DNA of 64,000 bases from Adineta vaga (taxonomy: Eukaryota > Animalia > Rotifera). The stretch is from assembly GCA_021613535.1 (NCBI GenBank), contig CP075492.1, positions 10,292,001 through 10,356,000 on the forward strand, given 5' to 3'. Shown piece after piece: positions 39,566 through 52,985 of the stretch. The notes beneath the pieces were generated by a model. The model made no database searches. It saw nothing but the letters and a program-made list of their open reading frames with translations, and was not told where the DNA came from. Made by a program: the position numbers and the translations under genes. Each line of letters opens with the position of its first letter. The first letter of the stretch is position 1.

Positions 39566-40044
39566 ATAATATTCAACATTGATTAGCAATGTTCGAATTT
39601 TGTTTAAACAACTTTAGTAGTTTTTATTAAATAAACTGAAAAAGAAGAATATGCTATACATCTATGAATACTGAATGTACGAACGTGAATCTCATGAAAA
39701 CAGTAATCCTTTTTTTCAACAACAATCCAATGTATAAACTCTAACAAAAGAATATTTTAAGTTTTACCTTTGGATACGATCAGCGTCTTCAACTTGTATA
39801 AATCCGTAATCAAGAGATAATATTCAAACTTTAAAATCTGAATGAATGAAAAAAAATTTGTTTCATTTCTAATGAAGAACGATAATTTTTGTTTTTTTAA
39901 TAATGACAAACAAATAGAATATACGTATAGACAAATAATGTACGAAGACGAAAAACAAACAGACAAACAAGGAAAAGAGAGAGACAGAGCGAAGGTACAT
40001 GCAAAGGTCTATTTTGTTTCTAATATTTATTTTCTTCGAAAGAT

Positions 40045-41546
40045 TTATTGTGACGATGGTGGATGTGTAAGACATGCTTGATAAATAATATCAAGAAAAT
40101 GATCATCATTCTGAACGAGATGAAGAAGAACATTACGAAAATGTTCTCGAGAAATAAATGAATTTAATTGCGTTGATAAACGATGTTTAACACGTTCGGC
40201 ACCAATTGCAACAACTGGTGAAGGTGGAGTGGCGGCTATTGGTTCAAATGCTGATGGAGGCATTAGATCAATCAGATTTTGTGGTGTTGTTTGTTTAGAC
40301 AAAACAGGTCCGTCATCGAGTGAAAGATTTTCTAATCCACTTTGACCGCGAATATTAAGAAGTCGTTTGAGTGATGAAGTTGGATCTTCTGAATTGTTAG
40401 TATTATTATTTCCATTTGTTAATGGGATAGGTGAAGGAGGAAATTGAATTTGTTCGATTGGCTTCGGAACTTCAACAGGAGCCATAGCTGGTGGAGGAAT
40501 TGTGGGAGTTAAACGTATTAGATTTGTATTCATAAGATCGATTGGCATTTGAGGAGGAAAAGAGTTTAGTTGATGTTGTTGAGCTGCAAGAATTGACGAT
40601 GCAGTCAATCGAGTTGGTGTCTGATTAAGATTAACACGAGATGATCCAAGTTGAGGTGTTGTCGAGATAGTTGGATGCGACGGCTGAAATATTCAAAAAA
40701 AGCATGAGAAAGAATTACACTTGAATTGATTTAATCTATCATATAGTATAGTATTTTTTGAGTTAAATACACTGACATACTGTTTTTTTTCTCACTTATT
40801 TTCAAACTTACGATGTTTTGTTGTTGCTGCGGTATTTGTTGTCGATATACATTTGTCGGTGTTTGTTGCATAGCTACAGTTGATGGTATTTGTCCATTCA
40901 ATTGTGGTTGAGATTCAACTGGAACAACAGACGGTATTGTGCGAGCTTGTTGTTGTTGTTGTTGTTGCTGCTGCTGTTGTTGTTGTTCTTGAAGATTTCG
41001 CAGGCCTTGAATACATCGATTAAGAAATGTATGTAATCGAGTGCATTCAGCTTCTGTTAAGAAATGTAAACAGAATACTTCGCGGCGACCATTTCGTGCA
41101 ACTTCATAGAATAAACGTAATTTGTCAGCATGTTGCGCCATATCAGAAGTGATCGGTTGTATAATACTTCTATCTCCATTGATAATTGCAAAAGCATATG
41201 CAGGACAAATTTTATTATTAACTATTTGTTGTCGTTCATATGCACATAAATTACCCTCGATATTAGGTGAATTCTCCCAACGTAAATCAATTGAATTATA
41301 AGAAAAAACTTTCACTTGACCGATACAATCATATAAACGTGTCGCATCTTGATCGTGTTTACGAATCATAAGACCCATTTCAATGAGAGCTTGTTGTGGT
41401 GTTCGATTAGTAGTCGTATTAGTCATTGCTGCGGCTGCTGTTGCTAACGGTGAAGATGATGACTGAGTATTAGGTGTTAGAACCGGTGTAAACATTGATG
41501 GTACAGCTTTGGGACGGACTATTGACGATTGTTTATCGTCTAACAT
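40045..41546 (-). CDS. DCP1: mRNA decapping activator DCP1
   Basis: EVH1-like N-terminus (IRKHD...QVKVFSY...WE...IEGNL..YER), polyQ linker, and C-terminal trimerisation motif LLHLVQNDDHFLDIIYQA. One intron at about 40684-40811. Confidence 0.85.
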
Positions 41547-42574
41547 GAGCAAAAGAAGAAACAGAAAGTAAATAAAAAAATTCTATTTAATTATATATAT
41601 ATGTATGTATATATAAATATAAGAAGAAAATGGTGCACACAATTCTAACAAGTCAAAAAAAAGGAAGAAAGAAAGGAAACATGAAATAAAATGCAACATA
41701 ATAAGTTCTTTGTTCCATTTCATTGGTTATATATGTTCCCAGATCCTCAGATTGAACATAAAGTGAACGAATGAAAAAATTTAAATCGATAGATGTCGTC
41801 TATATCTGATCAAGTTCTTATCAATATTCATTTCTGTAAGAGAATATACATGAAAATATGCCTGTGAGCTTATGGATATGTACTATCTATTATCGGAACT
41901 TCCTCTTATGAAAGAAATACAAGAATGGAAAATTATGATATATCGATACAGTTTACTAACAGTTGTTTTATGATTGATTTTGTAAAATTTAATAAGATTC
42001 AGAATGTCATGAAATATCAGCTTCACCTTTATCTTTGAATGAAGAATGTACTTCAATAAAGTTTATAGTGTCAAAACTACTCCATCCATTTTGATCATTT
42101 ACCATTGCTTTTCGAACTTTAGTACAAAATTCTTTTGTTTCAACAAGACTATTTCACACCCTTGAACCAATATGTCATCTAATTTTATCTAAAATAGTCC
42201 CTACCAATAGGCGATCTCCACTTGTTTGTATATAATATTGATATAATTGTATCAAGTCGAGTGGGGGATAAATACATATTTCTTCGAATTGAAGAATTAC
42301 TGTAGCGCGACTGTTACATATCAAGTTTGTTCAATAACAAGTTCATCAATTATTCATTGATATGTATTATTTTGAATCAAGCATAAATTATTCTTATACG
42401 ATAATGTGAAAAAATCTTTTATTTTCAAGGCGAAAAAAATTAGAAGCTCAACGTACAAGAATATATTAGACAAATTGGAAAATAAAATGTAATGTCTTAC
42501 GAAAAGTACACCAAGCATTTTCACATTTAAATAAGAAAAGGATGAAACAAGTTCAAGGCACATGATTTCATATA

Positions 42575-45498
42575 TTAGATTTTAACTTCAGGTAAGGCCA
42601 TTTGTTCCAAGCGTTTGTTGAGATTACTCATGAATGGCATCTTATAATCTTGAAAATCTACTTCCCAACCTAAACGATCACGTGTTACAGTTTTTTCATG
42701 CATAAGCTCTTTGGTGGTTGGTAGCTCGGTCCATTTTGTTTTTGGATGAAAAGCAATGGAATCAGTTTTTTCAAATGACTTAGCTAATTCAGCCGCAGCA
42801 CGTAATAATGAACCACGTCGTGGTTGATCAACAGGTGGCGGTTGTTCAGAAGCCTATTAAAGAGTCGCAATATAATATTTGAAAAAACAAATGCTTCAAT
42901 TAAATGTATTCAATATACCTCATCAGCTGCCCCACGTTTTCCTCCTGCACGTGGTGGTTTTTTCGCTTGAGTAGGTTTCTTTTTTGCACCACCCTTCTTA
43001 TCATTACCAGTAAGAAGGACAACTTTTTCATTAATTAAATGATATATACGTGGATCAGCAAATTCTAATGCCACAGTTAATGGTTCTATTCCTGAGCAAG
43101 TTTCATGCATTACTTTAGCTCCTTTACTCATCAGATATTCGCAAACTGGAAATGATGAACTTTCAATCGCACGCATCAACGGTGTTGCTTTAGTCATTGA
43201 TTCAGCATTTACGACTCCACCAGCTTCAACAATTGCTTCGACAACATCAAGAACACCACTGTGAGCTGCATGATGAAGTGGTGTCCACTTAAAATTATCA
43301 ACTCTATTGACTTGAGCTCTAAAGATACAATCATATACAACACTATAAGATAGATCTGTTATTATTTTGAACAACGAACCCGCATGTAAGAAGAAATTTA
43401 ACAGTTTTTATATCACCATGACTACATGCTATAACAAAGGTAAATGTTTTAGTTCAAATACCAGAAAAAAAAGAATTTATCATTTTCAAAGAAACTTACC
43501 AACCATCAGTGGCGTTTTCATAAACTTATCCGTAATATCTACAGGTACACCTCGTTTGAATGCATCCAACATTGTTTGTAAATCACCTCGATATGCTGTA
43601 AATAAAACAATAATCTAACAATAGATTGATTATTTTCTCTCCTACCAGCATCACACAAATTAATATAACCTTTATCAGGTTTATCTAAATACCATGGTGA
43701 ATCATCTTGTAAAGGATTTTTTGGTAGATTATCTCTTGAAAATCTTGTATGATCCGTAAGATGCACATGTTGTGGTGTATAGATCATTGGTGGATTGCCA
43801 TTTGCTGTTCTTGGACCATCATCTCGAACAATGACTAAAAGAAAAATGAAATTTTCACCTATACACATTTCAATAACAAATCCTAAATTACTTGGTAAGA
43901 GAGGTTTGGATTTCTTTCCTTTCTTTTGTTTCTTCTTCTTCTTTTTTTTTCCCGCAAAAGCAGCCATTAAATACGGTTTTGTTAAATATTTCTTTCCAGT
44001 TAAGAAGGATTTGTAATCAAATTCATTTCGTTCTTTTTCATGTTTATCACAGATTTCTTTCAAATCTTCTGCTTTAATATATTGCAATAAACCTTCATCT
44101 TCAATAATTTTTCGAAAACTTTCCGTTGCTATCACACACGTCTTTGGTTCAGTAATATCTAATTCTTCAAACATTTTTTCTAATCGTTCTTGATTTTCAT
44201 AAACATAATCATAGAGTACTAATTTCCAATCACGAAATTCACCTGGACGTAAATATAAAGTCATTTCATTATAACCTTTATCTGCTTTTCGTATATTTTT
44301 CTTTGCATCTTTAGCTTTATTTTGTTCAGCAATTTTTTTCGGTAGAAGTCCTTCGAGATTTTTTACTTTCGGATTACAACCTATGGAAGAAATAAAAGAA
44401 TTTTCTTTTCTTTATAAATATAATATGAATTAACATTGTCTCTTACCTCGTTGACCCAAGAATCGAAGTGCAGTACCAGCATTTGACGATGCAGCATAAT
44501 GAGTTGGATTATTGCCAAGAACATCGAGTACATCGAATTTAGCAATAAAACCAGCTAAGACTTTAATTGGCTAGAAAAGAATAGGATTTCTTTTTTTTTT
44601 GAATCCAGTCATATTTAACAAATAATAAATTACTTCAAAATGACCACCTTTAGCTGCTTCATGTACAGGTGCTGCTTGTTGAGAATCGAGAGCATCTGGA
44701 TCTGCTTTAGCACGTAAAAGTTCTCGAACAACCTTTTCACTTCCAGATAAACAAGCATTATGTAAAGCAGTACGTTTCGTTGTCTATGAAATATGAAATA
44801 AACTATTGATTACAAGAAAACAATCAAATTTCTTTTTTTTATAACTTCATCAACAAGTCGAACATCTGCACCAGCTCGAATAAGATCAATACAGAAATCT
44901 TCTTGTTCTTTGGAATTCAAGCAAGCATGTACTAAATTCGGTACACCACTACGTGATCGATTATTAACATCTGCACCCATCTCAAGTAAAACTTTTAAAC
45001 ATGCTTTATGACGTTGTGTAGGTTCAGTAAAACAATAATAAATAGCGTCTAAAATAAATCGTATTCGATTTTGTTTCCACTAGAACTTTTATCAAACCTC
45101 TTCCTTCAAGATCTTGAATTTTTGGATTAGCTTTTGCTTCACGTAACAATTGTAAAGCATTAATATGGCCATATTCAGCCGCATGCATCAATGCTGTACG
45201 ACCAGCAAAATCAATCACATCTGGATGAGCACCGAGCTGTAAAAGATATTTGATCATTTTCTCATTATTTTGTGTAACAGCCGCTCTAAATGAAATGCAC
45301 TATGAAAAGCACAAGATTTCTTTCAAATCTATTCAATTACATAAGAGCAGTCATGCCATTTTGTGGATCATTATAATTAATTAGATGTTCAACACCTTTA
45401 TCACATAATTTTTTTATTTGGTCAGAATCTTCTGTTCGTACAGCATAGATTAATTTCTGTACTTGTAATTGTTCAACACGATCTCGCGCAATAGGCAT
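42575..45498 (-). CDS. ANKEF1: Ankyrin repeat and EF-hand domain-containing protein 1
   Basis: EQLQVQKL N-terminus, multiple ankyrin repeats, FLTGKKYLTKPYL, poly-Lys, FSRDNLPKNPLQDDSPWY and DNFKWTPLHHA. Confidence 0.88.
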
Positions 45499-46080
45499 TG
45501 TAACAAATTTACATAATAGTTTAAACAAAACTAATAAGGCACCAAACTAATAGCAAAATAAATAAGGTCTAAAATAATCAAAAATATTCTATTAGCTTTG
45601 TTTCGTATCATAAAGTTTTTATCACTTTGAGGATATCCTCGAATTGATAGTTTTGAAAATGCTTCCCGTGGTAAAAATTTTCAAACTATATACTTTGTTC
45701 TACTTCATTTCATACAAGCAGAACTTACTCGAATCATAAAAGGATCATTATTCTAGACCTTTATCGGATTATTCATATCACTGTTATGAAATAAAGAAAA
45801 CTGACAAAAAAATTAAGATGTATTTGCGTTGTTTCTTTTTTTTGTAGTCTAATAGTAAATATAAGTGGAAGAATGACAAATGAAAGACATAATTAAAAGA
45901 TAAATATTTGTTTGAAAGTTTTTTTTTCTCTTCTTACCATATACATGTTCGTTACTATGGTAATGATTCATTTAAGATTCTCAAATCACTAATGCATTAT
46001 TGTATATTTACTTTCAATCAAATATATGTGGAGGAGAAAAATATCGAATCAGTTTTATGTTGACAAAAACTGGAATTTGG

Positions 46081-46095
46081 TGAATTTTCTAGAAA
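46081..46095 (+). promoter_or_regulatory. Heat shock element (three perfect alternating nGAAn units)
   Basis: tGAAt-tTTCt-aGAAa followed by degenerate units, 80 nt upstream of the STIP1 ATG. Confidence 0.8.
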
Positions 46096-46175
46096 AATCT
46101 AGATCATTCTGAAATACAATAAATAAAAGTTTTATTTTGCAGACTTTTTTTTCTTCTATCAATATTAGTCATCCC

Positions 46176-48436
46176 ATGGCTTCACAAGTATGTGTTCTTA
46201 ATTTTAAGAATATGGCTAATTATATTCGAGTTTTCTCTAGGTCGAAGAACTCAAAAGTAAAGCAAATGCTGCATTTTCAGCTGGAAACAATGATGAAGCA
46301 ATTAGTTTATATACTCAAGCTATAGGCCTTGATGAAACAAATCATGTACTCTATAGTAATCGATCGGCTGCGTATGCCAAAGGAACAAAATATGAAGAAG
46401 CCTTGAAAGACGCTGATAAATGTCTTTCAATTAAACCTGATTTTGTTAAAGTAAGATAATCATCTGAAAAAATTTCATATTCAATAAAAAAATTATTATT
46501 CTTTTCGTATAGGGTTACTCTCGGAAAGGAGCTGCATTATCATTTTTAAAACGTTATGATGAAGCAATTAAAGTTTATGAAGAAGGTCTTAAAATAGATC
46601 CTAATAATCAACAAATATTAACTGATCTTGAAAATGCACGAAAAGATGCAGCAGGACCATCAGCTGGTGGAATGAATTTCTTCTCTGATCCACAATTTTT
46701 AGCTCAGATGATGACCAATCCAAAAGCCCGGGAACTTATGAAAGATCCTGAAACAGCAATGTTAATGAAAATGATGCAACAACAACCCAATAATCCATCG
46801 TAAGTCTTTCTTCACGTATGAAAATGTATTTTCTTTTGATCATCTCATCTTTGTAGACTTTTGAGTAATCCAAAACTTATGAAATTACTTGGTTGTGTTC
46901 TTGGTTTCGAACTTGGTGATGAAAATGATCTTAGTTCAAAAATGGAAACAGACAATAAAGCAAGTTCACCAAAAAAAGAATCAACCACCTCATCAGCTAC
47001 ATCGAAACCTTCGACAGCATCCGCATCGTCATCATCATCAACAACAACAACAACAAATACGAAAACAACTGAATCAAATAGAAATTTAACATCAGAACAA
47101 AATCAAGTAAGAATAGATGTTTTTGATTGTTTGAATAGTTCTTTAATTGAATCAACTCTTTCCTAGGCTGAAGCAGAAAAAGATAAAGGAAATGAAGCCT
47201 ACAAGAAAAAAGATTTTGAAACAGCTCTTGCTCATTATAACAAAGCAACTGAATTGGATCCAGTAAATATAACTTATTATACAAATCGAGCTGGTTAGTT
47301 TGTATAGGTCATTTTCTTTTGTATACTTAATCAATGGATTTCTTTTAGCTGTTTATTTCGAACAAAAACAATGGGATACTTGTATGAAAGAATGTGAAAA
47401 AGCTATTGAAGTCGGACGTGAAAATAAAGCTGATTACAAAGTTATTGCCAAGTAAGTACATTATACTTTACAACGTTAATGAGTATATATATATATAACG
47501 TAAAATTATTTTTAGAGCTTATGCTCGTATGGGTAATGTTAAAACTCAAGAAAAAGATTATGAAGGTGCGATAAAATATTTCAATCATTCACTATCTGAA
47601 CATCGAAATCCTGATGTATTAAAGAAAAAACAAGAAATCGAAAAACTACTTAAAGAACAACAACAACTTGCTAATATTAATCCTGAATTAGCTGAAGAAG
47701 AAAAAACCAAAGGTAATGAATATTTCCAAAAAGCTGATTATCCAACAGCACTTAAACATTACACGTAAGTTTTTGTTATTGTGTATTATTAATTTATTAT
47801 TAATGAAATATTTTCGAAAAATACGTTGATTTTTAGTGAAGCTATTAAACGAAATCCAACAGATGCCAAACTTTATTCTAATCGAGCAGCTTGTTATACG
47901 AAATTAATGGAATTTCGATTAGCATTGAAAGATACTGAAGAAGGCATTAGACTTGATCCTAATTTCCGTATGTTTTCTTTGTATTGATATGCCGGATGAT
48001 TAGTAATCATTTTCTTTTGAAATTGTAGTCAAATGTTATCTTCGTAAAGGCCATGTATTGATAGCCATGAAAGATTTAGGACAAGCTATGGCTGCTTTTG
48101 GTAAAGCTCTTGAAATTGATCCAAACTGTCAAGTAAGTATTTTTTTGTATGAAAGAATGCTTTTTTTAATTTGTTTTTCTCACTTTTCTATAGGAAGCTA
48201 TCGAAGGTTATCGTCAATGTTCAGTAAGATCCACGGATGATCCAGAAGAAGTTCGTAAACGAGCAGCTAATGATCCTGAAATTCAACAAATTCTTAGCGA
48301 TCCTGGTATGCGTTTAATACTCGAACAAATGCAAAACGAACCCCAAGCATTACGCGATCATTTACGAAATCCTGCAATTGCACAAAAAATTCAAAAATTA
48401 ATCGATGCTGGTATTATCGGTATTCGTCAAGGTTAA
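46176..48436 (+). CDS. STIP1: Stress-induced phosphoprotein 1 (Hop/Sti1)
   Basis: TPR1 ([12 protein letters not shown]), DP1, TPR2A ([14 protein letters not shown]), TPR2B ([10 protein letters not shown]; LYSNRAACY) and DP2 ([11 protein letters not shown]...KLIDAGII). Confidence 0.96.
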
Positions 48437-48791
48437 TTTTCTTTCTCTATGTTTAAATGACGTTCGATCTCTTCTATTGTCTCTGTGCGAGTGTGAGTAT
48501 GTGTAGCCAAGATATCATTGAAGTTTGTTCTGTTCTTCTTTTTTTCTTTTTTGTTACGGTTTTCTTATTTCGTGCTTTCGTTTCTTTCACTTTTTCTTCA
48601 ATGTTCCTGTTACACCCGTGACTGCTACATTTTAGCAAACAAACCTAATCTTGTTATTAGAAAAAAAACAAACAGCAGAATTCAGCGTCGATTATCTAAA
48701 AACAAGTATACGTTATTTTTCAAGTTAATAAAAAAAACCGATCATTTCAAAGAAAAAACAAGGTCATGCCTATGGTTTTACTAGGACAGAA

Positions 48792-49918
48792 TTAAATACG
48801 GATTGATTTATTCATATATTTATAACGTATTGCTATTGTTGGAGATGTTTTAAAACGATCTTGTTGCCGTCTTCTTGATTTCGTTTCTTGGCAACTAGAA
48901 TATCCATAGAGATAATAAGGCCAATTACTAGTATGAGAGTTATTCTAGTAATATAACCAAAGAAACGATTTATATTTTGTTTCGCAATAACGGCCGGAGT
49001 AATCTTTTGAGGTACATTCGTATATAAAACCTGACTGAACTAATCGACATTGTCCATTGTTCTGACAGTGAACATCCTGACAAAAAATATATAGTTGACT
49101 TAGTTTCAATACACGTTCCGTGCTCGAAACAAGTAAACGGTTTTACATAGTCGAATATCAATATCACAAAATGTACCAGCATATCTCGATATTGGACATA
49201 GATACTTATATGATGAATTAGTATTTATACATGTAACATTATTCAAATATAGTTTAGCCATTGAACATAGATCAGTGGTTATACTGCAATCAAGACCAAT
49301 ATTTCCATCCGTTTCAGAAGTGTGAATTATAATTGAAGTTATCAAAGTAGAAGAAACCTTGGTCGATCTGTTTTCTCTATTAGATAGTCTTCTACACAGA
49401 ATTTGATTATGTGAAAGTGTATTCAGTGCAATTTAGAAGGTCACAGATGATTGATTTGATTGACGTGAAATGTTCATACCTCGTGTCTTATCTATTCGAG
49501 TCATATTTCAATTGAAGAAACAGTCCAATGGACAGTTGTAAAGAGTTACATTTATTGTAACATTGCTATTGATAAAACTTAATGGTCCAAGACATTTAAT
49601 ATCAAACGTACGAGTAGAATTGATACTGGAAGTACAGTTTTGTAAGTAGACAATTTGAAATTCCGAAGAATTGAGCAAAGTATTTGTTGTGCAAGCTGTT
49701 GTTGATGGCAGTATAGAAAGTGATCCTAAATTCAACAATTAGTTTTAATTTTAAATGAGAGTGTTACTACTTTTTCCACATGCACAACCAATCAGTTCTG
49801 AATAGGCGAAAGTATTTCCACTAGTCCATATCGTAGTCGACGTGTATGTTCCATTAGCCCACCCATTCTTTCCACCAGAAGATCCATAATTAGAACAATT
49901 GTGACCATTACCATTCAT
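48792..49918 (-). pseudogene. Degenerate EGF-repeat single-pass membrane protein gene
   Basis: EGF fragments (YAGTFCDIDIRLCK/PFTCFEHGTC; CQDVHCQNNGQC...YSGRYCE) and a TM segment lie in different frames. In-frame TGA at 49508-49510. At least 3 frameshifts. Confidence 0.7.
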
Positions 49919-50581
49919 CTAGCTCCATGCAGGACTCTAAAAACAAAAATACTGGAAAATACCATGCAATATAGATTTTACATAAACCTTCCATCGTCCA
50001 AAACGAACATAGATTCGTGAAAGTCATCCAAAAGCTGATTGACTTCATTTCTTACTTTCTTTGTATAAAAATAACGTTCTACAACAACTCTTTTCGTTGA
50101 TATTTTCATTCAATCAACAAAAACCAAATATTGGATAGTCATATTTTCTCATTATTTCAAGGTAAAAACGATATGTCTCCAAAAGTGAGTATAATAACAC
50201 TTTTCCCCGCATCCTCTTGCATTTTTATTTCAAGTCCAATTTCTACAAATAGTAGAGACCAACCTAGAGCGATGCTTATACACATAAAGATAATAATTGC
50301 ACTAAAAAGAAAAAAAGAAACTGAAAACAAAACAAACTTGTTCACAAATAGTTAGACACTAACATATAACTAAGTTACAGAAAGAAAGAGAAAAAAACCA
50401 AAACACCATTAAGATTAAATAAAGAGGTTTCATAATGGAAAACTTGTTCTCTTCACATTACGAATATCTACCAAATGAGAACGACAAAAACACACGCATA
50501 CACACAACAATAAATGAGAAGTTGAAAATTCCTTTTGCGAGAATATGGTTAGAATCGTTCGATCATCTAGAATTCTTAAAT

Positions 50582-51428
50582 TTAAGCTGAACTATTAGCA
50601 TTGCCACTTGAGGCAGCTGCTGTTTTCTTTGCTGTCGAAGCTGATGTACTGAATTTACCAGGAGCAGATGCACTTTTTGATGTAAGAGCTGATGGTGCTC
50701 GTGGTGTTACAGCAGCATTTGAACGAGATGAATCAGTCTAAAAATCAACGATATATTTTCGGAAATAAGGGTGTCTATCATTAAATACGATTTACTTTTG
50801 ATACTGATTGACTTGCTGCTTCGACACTTCCTTTAGTTTTAAATAAGAATTGATCGATATGTGGTAATACACCACCTAAACAAGATTAAACAAACAAATA
50901 TGTCGAATTTTACTACAATTCATTTGACTTTTTTTAAAATTTACCTTGAGGAATTGTTACACCATTGAGAAGCTAAAACGGTTGATGTTTATTTTAAATA
51001 TATACATAAAAAGAAATTCTAACCTTTTTAAGTTCTTCATCAATGCTAACTGCCAAGAAGATATGTCGAGCATTGATACGTTGTTTTTTATGATCTTTGG
51101 CTGCATTGCCTGATAATTCTAAAACTTCAGCAGTTAAATATTCAATCTAAACTCAAGAACAAATACAAAAAAATTTATACGCAAAATGTGTTCAACATAC
51201 TACAGCAGCTGTGTAAACAGCAGCAGCCATGGTTACACGACTTTTAGGTGTACTCTTTTTAATATAACGATGGAAACGAGGTACCGAAAAAAGAACACCT
51301 ATATATATCTTATATTCAAATCAACATTTCATATATATCAATTGAAAAAACTGACCTGCACGAGCTGATTTTGATTTTCGATCACCACCTTTACGAGCTC
51401 CTCTTGCAGATGTTGTTGGTCCAGCCAT
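50582..51428 (-). CDS. Histone H2A variant: macroH2A-like fold, long Ser/Ala/Thr-rich tail, 5 introns
   Basis: [80 protein letters not shown], then about 60 extra residues. Confidence 0.92.
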
Positions 51429-52689
51429 TTATTAGGGTTTTGTTTTCTATAGATTTGAAATAATCTAAAATATAAATTTTACTGAACACTATGTCGTAAT
51501 ATATCTATATTTCTACAGCATATACACACATATCTATCAAGTAGACATAACCATCAGATACGAGCCTTTAAAAAGAGGGTGTTCATTTATATTTACATTA
51601 CTTGCGTTCTATATTCAGCGTACAGACAAACAAGCATATCAAGTCCCATATTGGAACATAGGAGAAAAGAAAAAAAAACAATGAAAAAGAAAAGAACAAA
51701 ATGGTAACCGAAATATGTTTAAATAGCCATAAGAAAAGAAAAAAGAAATACATAAATTGAATTGAGTTGAATCGAACATTCGATTCAACCTTAACTATTT
51801 TTAATAAACTGAACTTATGCCTCCATAGTGAAATTTGGTTTCTGTTGACCATATTAGTTTTAGCGCCACTAGCGCTGTTATTTGTCACTTAAATTAGACA
51901 TTTCTACTAATAATTCTTACTCAATCCAATTATTAATCAATTCAAAAATCCCTAAGATGTTTTTTTCTGTGCTCAAAAAGATAATTTATATCGAATAAAC
52001 ATCTGTAATATTGATCTTAAGGCGGGAATTTACAGTTAATCATAGGAAAGTCTGTAAGTTCATTTTGCTTCTGTGATATATTCCCACTCGATGATAGAAT
52101 TATTAATGTGAAACAAAATCAAAATCACAGACTATAAATCTATTATTATGTTGTAAAGTGATATTTCGTTATAATGAAACGTACGTTCATACTGTTGTTA
52201 CTTTGATATCTTTTAACAGAAGTATGTCGAAAGTTAGAATATAAATCCATTGATCTTTGTATGAAAAGTCTATCAAAATAAACTGCTGTATTCGTTCATA
52301 GCAAAAATATTAGAAGTGCGTCAGAAAAAGTGAAAAGCTAGCAGAATTTATTTTACTTGTCTCATCTGACTAGACTGCATCACGATAATAGTATATTGAC
52401 TCTTAGAAATTATAATGCATAATTCGTTGAACTTTTCCTACTATTGACTAGCTGAATTGCATGTGAAGAAGCGTTAATGAAAGTCCATATGACCTTGCCA
52501 ATTGAAAGAAGATTAAAAGTTAGATTAGCAATTCGTATGTTTCAGTAGAGTATTCATCAATAAGTCAAGTGACTTGTGGCAGAGTAATAATGATCTATTT
52601 GGTTTTTCGATTTTTTTCATCCTATTTTAGTTGTTATATTCTAAGATGATAATGTCATAGATGTGATCATTTACGTCGACTCCTTTTAT

Positions 52690-52985
52690 AAGTAGATTGA
52701 ACAAGAACTGGCAGCCATTCGACTTGCGAGAATCTGATTTTAAAAGATTTTCCTACGAAGTTTTAATATTTTGTTTAAAAAGAAGGATGATGCTAATGAA
52801 TTAACAATCGAACATGATATTAAAATATTTGATTCATTAGAAAAAATATTCAATGAAATTGTCCCTTTGCATCAGACCAGAAAATTAAATATTAAACATA
52901 CTGATTTAGAAGTTTGTAAACTTTTAAGCATTTTTTTCTGGTGCAACTAATTTACGTTTCATTCAAATCCATTCATTATCAACTA
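52690..52985 (+). pseudogene. Possible relic of an LRR/F-box-type gene
   Basis: Stop-interrupted frames reading LEKIFNEIVPLHQTRKLNIK...LLSIF and ATNLRFIQIHSL, a spacing reminiscent of LRR-like repeats. Confidence 0.25.

Noticed and set aside
50796-50820. H2A.X-type SQEY terminus
   Set aside because: The actual reading is SQSVSK and it is internal, so the gene is not called H2A.X.
51560-51585. Histone stem-loop-like sequence near the H2A gene
   Set aside because: It lies upstream of the gene, not downstream, and pairs imperfectly.
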